The notes beneath the pieces are model-generated. The model was not told the origin of the DNA. It saw only the letters and a list, made by a program, of their open reading frames with translations, and made no database searches. 64,000 nt of DNA from a virus: positions 64,001-128,000 of IMG/VR virus record IMGVR_UViG_3300045988_161114; one strand, given 5' to 3'. Both the position numbers and the translations under genes were made by a program. Below, piece by piece: positions 9,839 to 18,800 of the stretch (positions are counted from its first letter, which is position 1; the number at the start of each line of letters is the position of its first letter).

Positions 9839-12800
9839 TTAGTCAGTCGCTATCGAATATAGTATTCTAGCCTTTGTTGAGGCTTTTGTGTCTTTTGTAG
9901 CTCCCCACACTTTAGCTAAGCTTTCCCATGTGGTTTTAAGATTTTTAACCTGCAATTCTATAGGACTCAATTCATCATTCCATCCTAATAGTCCTGCTGT
10001 ATATTCTTGTCCATATACAGTCAAAGGCATCTTCATCAGCGCTCTGTGCCTCATGGTTATTCTTTCTTTGTTTGCTTCCCAAACATTTTTAAGAATACCC
10101 CATACTGCTATAACAACTGCTGCTACTACGATAGTTGCTGCTGCTGTTGCTATAAGTCCACCAGTACCAATACTGGCAGCAAGTCCAACAGTTCTGACAC
10201 CATTTATAACAGTTGCTATTGTTCTGCCTGCTGTAGCTACTCTTGCCCAGATTCCGCCTAGTGCGCCTTTCATTGAGGACAGTCCTCTAACTATAAAGCT
10301 AACCTTGCTGAATCTTGCCCAGCCTGATGCTACATGTCCTACTATAGGACCCCATAATGCAGTAGACACATAAGATGCCGCTGTTTTAAGTAACATTGCG
10401 GATGCTGCTGCAGCTGCTAATGATCCTGCTGTTGCCCATCCTACGTCCCAGAATCCTATTTTGGTTGGAGCTATGGATAATTTGCTATACATCTCTCCAG
10501 TAGGTGATGAGTTAACAGATACTAAAGCATATTCTCTTTGACCTTGTGCAAGCATCGAATAGAACATACCCAGCTTTATGTATAGTGATGAATATAAATG
10601 TGTTGCAGGTTCAACAAACATTCCTGGTGTAATTATTGTAATATATCCGTCGTCTTCAGTCAAGATATGTTGGACTTCCCTACACTTCATTACGCCGCTC
10701 ATTTGTCTTAATGAGTCAGAAATGTATGCATAATCACCTGGTGCTACATCTGGATTACCCGATATGATTACACTGCCTGTATACATCTTCTCAAGTTCTT
10801 CAAGGAGATATCCCTGGCCAGTTTTTATTGCCATGCCTTCTGTATTTAATGTACTATCAGTTAAATACGATGATTTAGTAAATGCAGGCATTAATCCGCC
10901 ATTAGATTTCATATCGAACATTTTGTTTTTACCAGTGCCAAAGTCACTTGGCTCTGTACCATATTCGACATTGGCTTGTGTTATCACATCCTGATTCAAT
11001 CTAAGCTGATTACTAATTATATTAGTTGCACTACTAAACATATGGAAGTTTGTAGCAGGAACCCATGCAGTAGAATCTATTGTTTTAGATCCCATTACTG
11101 AGCTTACTACATCAGCCACTTGTCCAGGATTGTCTTTTAGAACCTCAAATTTAGCTGTTGTTTCTCTTTGTCGTTTCTTTATGCCATCTGTGCTATTTAC
11201 CGGAATACCTAAGCTACCTTTTACATTTTTGGCATTTGCGGCTTCTTCTACTTCTTGAGCATGTTGGCTATCTTTATCTAACAGTCCTCCATTGATATTC
11301 TCAAATACCTCTGACGCAACAGAATGTGCAGTTTCATATCCTACCATAAGCTGTTCTTTAATACCTGTAAATATGGTGCATCTTGCACCTATATTTTTTA
11401 TAAGAGCCACTGATGATGGGAATAATCTTCTACCTGTTGTTATCACATCCCATACTGTTTTATTCAATACCGGGAAATTGACAAAGTAGTCGTTAAGAGA
11501 GAATGGGAATAGGTCATTCCATTCTGTAACAAAGAATCTGTCAACCATGTCAACATTCATCAGCCAGAAGTTTTCTAGATGATCTGTCGGACCTTTAAAA
11601 TCATAGAAGAAGAACTCACCTGAAGATGAATTCCATAAAGAATTTGATAACGAGAATCCGCTTTGACCAGATACACCCTGAGCAGCTGTACCAGATGAAT
11701 TTGTATCTACATCTTCACCAAGTATTTTAGGGTTGGCGCCAAAGTGCTGTAGTCTTGCGTTCTTAACTATTCTTGCAACTGCTGCTGATATGTACCTACC
11801 AGATGTATCACTAGCAAAAGTAGTAAATGGCAATACATCGCCGGCGAATATTAATTCGTTTTGTAGTTCTCTTCCATAACCCTCTGCAACTACTCTTACA
11901 ACATCTCCACCATCCGTTTCGGTTATAAGTCCGTTAAATACTACAGGAAGATCATCAATCTTATTGCCGTATCCCATTCTTATTTGAACTTTGTTACCGG
12001 CTTTAAGCCTTATTTGGTCCATTGCTACAACATTGGCGAAATCACTTCCTAAAGATGTTAAATCTAATTTAGTGTTGCCAAGTTTGTCTGCGGTATTGTA
12101 TCCAGTAGTAGGGTCTGTTGATGTATTCAAAGAGTTAAGAACTTCAAAGTATGCAACTGCAACAGGATTATCCTGATTGGCCATTTCTACACGAATATTT
12201 CGTACAGTTGATATTTCATAATATACCGCTTCAACACTTGTATTTATTAATTTAAATAAAGTGTTTTCATTATTGCCGTGTACTAGATATACCTTATATG
12301 TAGGGATAAGTTTTTCTAATCCCCATGTGTAATCTTTTACCATATTAGATATTCTAGCTTTACCTTGTAGATTAGGGTCCCAAGGTGTAGGGTCGGTATT
12401 AAATTCAACTGCTTCATTATTACGTTGTACTGCTACATTATCGTAATAGTTTGACGTATATCCAGCAGCGTCTCTGCTAAAAATACCAACACCGGCATTA
12501 CCTTTTGACACAGCGGCTGAGAGTGACATTGCAACTCTACCGTATTTTTGCCTAGATGTATTATTGCCATCTCTACTATCCTTACCTTGTAATGCTTTCC
12601 ATCCTGCACTATGTCCACCGTTGTGAGACATAGCTACTGCTAACACCTTATCTTGGAACGATAGTTTACTCCAACCAGGTTTAGCTGATAGATAATCTAT
12701 GTTTTTCTGAGTGTATAGCACAAATGCTTGATCTTGTAATTCTCTACTAGATATAAATGCTTTATATCCTCCAGGAATTGTCCAATATGAATCATTGTAT

Positions 12801-15800
12801 AGTGAAGATCTATTTCTTGGTGCTGTTTTTCTTATCCAGCCTATATCCATAAGTCCTTCTAGACCTATCTGATACATTCCTAGATATGATTCATTGCCAG
12901 ATGGATTTAGTCTTCCCCTTGACTCTATTGCTGCTATTGATCCTGCATAGCTTCTTAGAAGTGTACTATTTATAAGTGATGTACCTTTTTGACTTGTAAA
13001 GCCAGCACTAGATGCTGCTGCTATACCTTTCAGATCTCCACCGCCAAGACTGTAATCATTGAAGTCTGTAAATGGTTGATATCCGTTTGCAACAACAGAT
13101 TGCATAGCTGTAGATTCTTTTGGTAAAGCTATTCCGTCTTTTGCTTTAGGTTTCTCAAGTGTTCCTGGAGTTATACCCATACCTATTGCAGATTGACCAT
13201 TTGTTCCAGCTATTGCTGAACCAAGGTCTTCCCACCAGCTTTTCTTTTTACCTGATTCAGGAAGATTACTGCTAGGAGCACCTAACCCATTTATTGATCT
13301 ATGGAATGCTGCAGGGTCTACTGGTGTACCGTTTACATTTACTTGATAATGTAAATGTGGGCCTGTAGAATGACCAGTGCTACCACAGAATCCTATTAGC
13401 TGTCCAGCTATGACAGGTTGTCCTGGTTTAACTGCGAATGCGCTTAAGTGCATATACCATGTTGTTATACCACCAGCATGTTGAATGTAAACAGAATTAC
13501 CACCCCTTCCGCGATTAGATGCAACTGTTACTTTGCCAGTAGCTGCTGCATATATTGGAGTTCCAGTTGGACCTGCTAAGTCTATTCCGTGATGAAATCC
13601 TCCGCGTCTCATACCGAAAGGAGAAGATATTCGAACATGCTTCATTATTGATGACAAATCTTTTAGCCACAATCCTGATCCTGAACGAACACCCAGTTGG
13701 GCACCCTTAAGTGTACTTGATGTAAATTGTCCATTCACGCTATCTACACTGCCAGCAGAAACTGTACCATCTGGATTTATTGTTCCTGATGACGCAACGG
13801 CATTAACTTTTGTAAAGTTTCTTGTTCTGTCTGTACTGCTTCCCGGGCCATTAACCATCGCATTGGTATCTTCAAGTATTTCATCTATAAGTGGAGATGA
13901 TTGTTCCCACTTGGCCATTATCTTATCGCCATCAAATATTTGTTGGTCATATACAAATGGCAGGGCAGGTAAATCTTTCCATGAACTATATTCATCTGTT
14001 GAAGGAATGTCATGAAATATTTCTTTATATTTCATATCTGGGATTGCTTCACCAGAAAATGATGTACTGCTTCTATGAGTTTTATAATAACTCTTTTCTT
14101 TTTCCAAATCTTTTGATAAGGCATCAATAGTGTATTTATTGAAAGAGCTTCCAAGTGCACTTTTATATGCAGATGTAACTGCCTGTTCAAAATTTCTTAA
14201 ACGCTCTCTTAGAACTCTTTCCTCAGATGGAGTAGCTGAATGACTTTTTATAGCTTTAATATATTCTTTTATGAACATTGTAGATTTCTCTGTGTCTGTC
14301 ATATTAGAATATTTTTTACTTCTTAGCATAGGTTCTAAGAATAAGCCTACATCTGCGGTAGGGTCTTCCGCTTTCTTAACAGAAGAGTCTATATAAACTT
14401 TATATTCTTCAATAGCTTTAACTATTGGCTTGTTTATCTTATCAAGTACGTCTTTTAGTGCTGATGTATTTGCACCCTTTTTGTACTCTACGCTTGCCAT
14501 AGCAAGCAGATCTCTTATAGTCTCTGCTTGCGCTATTATGTCGTTGTAAGCTTCTTTGTTAGAGGCTTTTACAAATTTACTATTCTCAAGGAAGTCTGTT
14601 GAATCAGATTCTATAAACGAATAGTTATTTGTAATAACATTATTCATATTCCCAGTTGTAGAAGACTGAGATGAATCTATTATTACATATTTAACACCCA
14701 TTGCATTAACAATAGGGTTCTCTATTGCAATTACATCTAATCCTTTTAATGCTGGATATGTAACTCTTATATTTTTTGTAAATTCATCTACGCGGTCAAT
14801 AGCCATAGTAGCTGATGCCGCATCCATACCTTCTTCATGATTAGTTATAGTAGATATATTTATCTCTGTAGGAGAATGTCCTAAATATTGACAATAGGGA
14901 TAACTAAAATCCTGTATTGTTTGGTTTGCAAATCTATTTCTTCTTCTTATATTAATAGATTGTATTGCTATATTATCCTTATTTTTAGAAGAATTAGTGC
15001 CACCGATTAGTTCTCTTTTCCATCCTACATTTATTCTACCAGTCTCATCAAATCTAACTTCTTCATCTGATTTAACTTCTGATATGTTAGCATTGGTTTG
15101 TTGGCCATCTTTAGCATCTGTACCAGATAAGTCAACCTTTTTCAGAATTCTAAATGTTCTTGCCTCTTCCCAACATAAGTCATGAAGCTCTCTATGCAAT
15201 TTAATTGCGTCTGTAAAAACAATAGGGTATCCAAGATACAAATCGAAATCACGATTGTATCCCTGATTTATTATTTGTGTTTTATATTGATTTACATCTG
15301 ACCTGTAGAAGTCTACAAGTTTTTTCATTAAATTAGAATCACCAGGATTCAATTCATATTCAGTTTTGTATCTTTTAGAGCTTTTAGATTTTTTAGAGAT
15401 AGATTTAGAATTTGTTTTTGACTCAGCTTGCTGATTGAAAGATATGAATTTTATTGTTTTTGCTAGTGGCTTCCAGTTTATAGTTTGTAATCTTAATGAA
15501 ACAAAAGCCATACCTTGCATATTGTCTGATGCACCTAATTCAATTTCATATTCATGCAGTGCGTACATGAAGTATCCGTCACCAATACTTAATCCTAGCA
15601 TACTTAAGTCTGATGTACCCATAGCTTCACACCTTATGAACATATATGGGAATGACCTACATATAGATATAAGGTCACACATTTCTTCGACACTATCACT
15701 TTTAGACAAATCGAATGCGAAAGTCGCCAAATGTAGCGACTCCGCAAATCGAGATTTAGATGTCAATACAGATGTGTCCCTTAAGAACTCGTTTTGTGTT

Positions 15801-15880
15801 GTATAAAATTTATTAACTTTATCAACAGAAACTGGTTCTATATCCAATATTCCATTTATTGAAAAGGTAAATCTTGACAT
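9839..15880 (-). CDS. giant multidomain tail protein (2013 aa): M23 peptidase, lytic-transglycosylase-like domain, hub-like region and C-terminal hydrophobic bundle
   Basis: ATG start. Carries M23 motifs HHGID (H763/H764, D767) and HLH (H842, H844), and SLT-like AAIES (E986)...YLGMYQIG. A hub/gpD-like stretch reads KAGNKVQIRMGYGNKIDDLPVVFNGLITE. The last ~200 aa contain several Ala/Gly-rich hydrophobic segments (e.g. GLIATAAATIVVAAVVIAVWGIL). Confidence 0.85.
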   Translation of the reverse strand: MSRFTFSINGILDIEPVSVDKVNKFYTTQNEFLRDTSVLTSKSRFAESLHLATFAFDLSKSDSVEEMCDLISICRSFPYMFIRCEAMGTSDLSMLGLSIGDGYFMYALHEYEIELGASDNMQGMAFVSLRLQTINWKPLAKTIKFISFNQQAESKTNSKSISKKSKSSKRYKTEYELNPGDSNLMKKLVDFYRSDVNQYKTQIINQGYNRDFDLYLGYPIVFTDAIKLHRELHDLCWEEARTFRILKKVDLSGTDAKDGQQTNANISEVKSDEEVRFDETGRINVGWKRELIGGTNSSKNKDNIAIQSINIRRRNRFANQTIQDFSYPYCQYLGHSPTEINISTITNHEEGMDAASATMAIDRVDEFTKNIRVTYPALKGLDVIAIENPIVNAMGVKYVIIDSSQSSTTGNMNNVITNNYSFIESDSTDFLENSKFVKASNKEAYNDIIAQAETIRDLLAMASVEYKKGANTSALKDVLDKINKPIVKAIEEYKVYIDSSVKKAEDPTADVGLFLEPMLRSKKYSNMTDTEKSTMFIKEYIKAIKSHSATPSEERVLRERLRNFEQAVTSAYKSALGSSFNKYTIDALSKDLEKEKSYYKTHRSSTSFSGEAIPDMKYKEIFHDIPSTDEYSSWKDLPALPFVYDQQIFDGDKIMAKWEQSSPLIDEILEDTNAMVNGPGSSTDRTRNFTKVNAVASSGTINPDGTVSAGSVDSVNGQFTSSTLKGAQLGVRSGSGLWLKDLSSIMKHVRISSPFGMRRGGFHHGIDLAGPTGTPIYAAATGKVTVASNRGRGGNSVYIQHAGGITTWYMHLSAFAVKPGQPVIAGQLIGFCGSTGHSTGPHLHYQVNVNGTPVDPAAFHRSINGLGAPSSNLPESGKKKSWWEDLGSAIAGTNGQSAIGMGITPGTLEKPKAKDGIALPKESTAMQSVVANGYQPFTDFNDYSLGGGDLKGIAAASSAGFTSQKGTSLINSTLLRSYAGSIAAIESRGRLNPSGNESYLGMYQIGLEGLMDIGWIRKTAPRNRSSLYNDSYWTIPGGYKAFISSRELQDQAFVLYTQKNIDYLSAKPGWSKLSFQDKVLAVAMSHNGGHSAGWKALQGKDSRDGNNTSRQKYGRVAMSLSAAVSKGNAGVGIFSRDAAGYTSNYYDNVAVQRNNEAVEFNTDPTPWDPNLQGKARISNMVKDYTWGLEKLIPTYKVYLVHGNNENTLFKLINTSVEAVYYEISTVRNIRVEMANQDNPVAVAYFEVLNSLNTSTDPTTGYNTADKLGNTKLDLTSLGSDFANVVAMDQIRLKAGNKVQIRMGYGNKIDDLPVVFNGLITETDGGDVVRVVAEGYGRELQNELIFAGDVLPFTTFASDTSGRYISAAVARIVKNARLQHFGANPKILGEDVDTNSSGTAAQGVSGQSGFSLSNSLWNSSSGEFFFYDFKGPTDHLENFWLMNVDMVDRFFVTEWNDLFPFSLNDYFVNFPVLNKTVWDVITTGRRLFPSSVALIKNIGARCTIFTGIKEQLMVGYETAHSVASEVFENINGGLLDKDSQHAQEVEEAANAKNVKGSLGIPVNSTDGIKKRQRETTAKFEVLKDNPGQVADVVSSVMGSKTIDSTAWVPATNFHMFSSATNIISNQLRLNQDVITQANVEYGTEPSDFGTGKNKMFDMKSNGGLMPAFTKSSYLTDSTLNTEGMAIKTGQGYLLEELEKMYTGSVIISGNPDVAPGDYAYISDSLRQMSGVMKCREVQHILTEDDGYITIITPGMFVEPATHLYSSLYIKLGMFYSMLAQGQREYALVSVNSSPTGEMYSKLSIAPTKIGFWDVGWATAGSLAAAAASAMLLKTAASYVSTALWGPIVGHVASGWARFSKVSFIVRGLSSMKGALGGIWARVATAGRTIATVINGVRTVGLAASIGTGGLIATAAATIVVAAVVIAVWGILKNVWEANKERITMRHRALMKMPLTVYGQEYTAGLLGWNDELSPIELQVKNLKTTWESLAKVWGATKDTKASTKARILYSIATD
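12551..12973 (-). other. SLT / lysozyme-like glycosidase domain within the 2013-aa protein
   Basis: GSIAAIESRGRLNPSGNESYLGMYQIG has a catalytic-Glu-Ser plus G-x-(M)-Q arrangement typical of lytic transglycosylases. The GAG codon for E986 was verified at 12923-12925. Confidence 0.65.
13313..13648 (-). other. peptidase M23 (LytM-type) domain within the 2013-aa protein
   Basis: SSPFGMRRGGFHHGIDLAGPTGTPIYAAATGKVTV...GFCGSTGHSTGPHLHYQVNVNGTPVDP carries the canonical HxxxD and HxH zinc ligands. Coordinates were checked against the DNA (CAT CAC at 13589-13594). Confidence 0.9.
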
Positions 15881-15889
15881 TTGTTATTC

Positions 15890-18800
15890 CTAATAATTTT
15901 GATTCTGGAACCTTATTGTACTTCTTGATGCAGAATCTCCTTGAAGCATACTTCTTAATGACTGCTTCAATCTGTCGTTACTTCTATTATCTATTTGATA
16001 TCCGGCAACTGATACAGATTGTGCTTGTGCGCCATCTGTTATGTATGCAGAATTATTTTCTATTACTGGTAATGTTGGATTTGTTCTAGCAGTAGGAGAA
16101 TTATACATAGGAGATGTTGTGGTTGGAGATTCGGCCCCAACAGTTAAACCTACTATACCTAAACCAAGTCCGCCTAAGAGTATTGATTTCTTATTAGCTT
16201 TTATAGTTGAAATAATTTGATTTCCTATATCAGTAGCAGTATCAATAGTAGCATTAGTTGCCGCTTTTGACAATACTTCTTCACTAAGATTAACCTCTCT
16301 AGCTGTTGATTTTGGTATTCTTGGTATAGCAGCTTCAATCTTATCTGCTTCTTTCCCAGAGTATTTTGAACCAACCATGTTAGGACTATTTATAGTTATA
16401 TCTGCGCCATGTGTTGAAACAGCATCACCTATAAATTTACCTATATCTACAAATTCATCAGCACCAGTAAATATTTCAGGGATAACATTTTTAACCCATT
16501 CTCCTATTTCGTCATATGAGGCAAATCTGCTTTTACCTGCAGACTCTCTCATAGATGCAATAGTTTCAAGAAGTGAGTTTGCATTTGAACCAGATCGTAC
16601 AGTTTTAAGTACGTTCTCTTGCATGGCACCAGCTACAGCCTGTGCCATAAGTGCCCTTTTATTTATAGATTCTTCTATAAGTTTTCTAGACGGATCGCTT
16701 ACACCTAATGCCTTTACGGCATCTGACAAATCTGATCCTCTTTTTCTTTCTATTGCTTGAGATAGAAGTTGTTGAAATTCCGTTATCTCTGCGGCACTAA
16801 ACTTACGTTGTTGAGATTTAACCTGCTTCAAGATATTCTCTTGAAACTGATCTTCTGCTACAGTTTTTGCTCCAGACTTTAATGGGTTCACTACACCATA
16901 TTGTTCCATCTCGGCCATTTTGGTATTAAATGTTTTTAAGAAATTCTTTTCATTTACAAATATATTATTTTGTAACGACATCAAATCTCTTAACTCTTTA
17001 TTAACCTTGTTATTATTAAGATCGTCTGCTCTGAATACGTGAATCTTGTCATCATCAAGGTCGCCGGATGCTGATGCCAATTGGTTTTCACCCATAGCAA
17101 TTACTGTGCCTTTTTGTTTTATGGATGGATCAACAAAGAACGTTACAGCTTGTGCGCTAAGTGAGCTAGATGCAGGAGTACGTATTGCCAACCCTAGACT
17201 ATCTTTAATAGCATATGGTGTTTTTGATTTACGATTAAGTTTGAAACCAAGCGACCTTGCAGTCTCTTCATTTATGAATACCGCATTACGTCCAGCTTTT
17301 TCTTCCTGTGCTCGTATTATCTCTGCGGCCCCTGTTAATGATACAGCAGTAGCAGTTACACCATTTCTTGCAGTTCTTCTTGTAGCAGCTTTTGCAATGG
17401 TTGTATTAGTAGATTTTAATTTAGATTTAAGCTCTTCAAGATCTGTTAAATAAGATTGTTTCGCTATATCTATATATCTACTATTTTCACCATCTCTCAT
17501 AGCCCTCTGATATTCCATCATTGAAACCAAAACATTACGCTTCAACTTGTCTGTTTCCGCCATGATGTCAGAACCATGAATATCTTTAATACCGCTATTA
17601 TCGCTGTTCAGTAGGTTTATAGATAATGACCTTAAACCTATTTTCTTAGATGACATACCTTCTGGAACTATGAGTTTTACAGATGCAACACCATCATTAT
17701 TGATCATATCTTTAAGATGTTTTGCTGCAAACTCTTCCCTATCTTTTGCTTCAAATAAGGCTCTTATAGATTTAGGATCATCGCCGAATATAGAATCAAT
17801 AGACTGCCCATCAACTATGTTTTGTAGTTTTCTTGACCTTAGTTCGTATCTTGAATCTTCATTAGCTTCCCCTATTAATTCTAATGAATCTATTGATACA
17901 CCTGCTGCCTTTAATTGGTCTGCTGCCATCCAGTCCATAGTTGCTTTTGATGTATTTGCACCAGTAAGTTCCCTAGTACCTTCTTGTAGCACACCGAAAG
18001 AACTTAGTCCTAATGCTGTCATGTTCTTTTTTCGCATTGTTTCATATATATTGGCAAAATCATCTTGTAGTGATTTAAACATATCTTCTGGACTTATTCG
18101 TCCATTCGAATAGTCGATCATTCTTGATGAAGACTGCTCTATGTATTTTGCTAGGCCTTTTTCTATATTATTCGGATCAATATGAATATCTCCGCCAGCA
18201 AGATTCAGTGTTATAGGAGAATTGGCCTGTGAGCCAACTTTACTTATCATATCTATCATTGTTGCCATTGCTGTCTGAGATGATTTACCATCAGACATTG
18301 CATTATTGGCAAATGCGGCACCAATAATTTTAGATTGATTAACGTCACTAATCTTACCTGACGCATCTATTTCTTTTTTGATTCTGACAAATTCTCTACC
18401 GGCAGGACTTATTCTCCCATCTGAATCCAGTTCTGTATTGTCAACTATTCTGTTGACTATATTTTTAAGGCTAACCTGGTCTGGGCTATATCTATATTTT
18501 CTGATAGCTCTATCTATTTCTGTTATATCAGAACCTATTTTAGTATCAGAACTTCTAACCATCCATTGAGATGTGAAATTGATACCAGAGTTTCTTTCTA
18601 GATATTCCCTTATCTTTGTGGCATTTTTGTCATCGGAGTTTGCTACAAGACTTAAAAGTCTTTTAAAGTATTTTTTGGTCCCCTCTCCATAGCTTTGAAG
18701 TTCCTCATCTGATGCCATTAGACCAGTTACAAGTGCATGGAAATTTGCCTTGCCTATTTTAGCCATTTTATTTATAGAGAATTTTAGGCCATTGGTTTTA

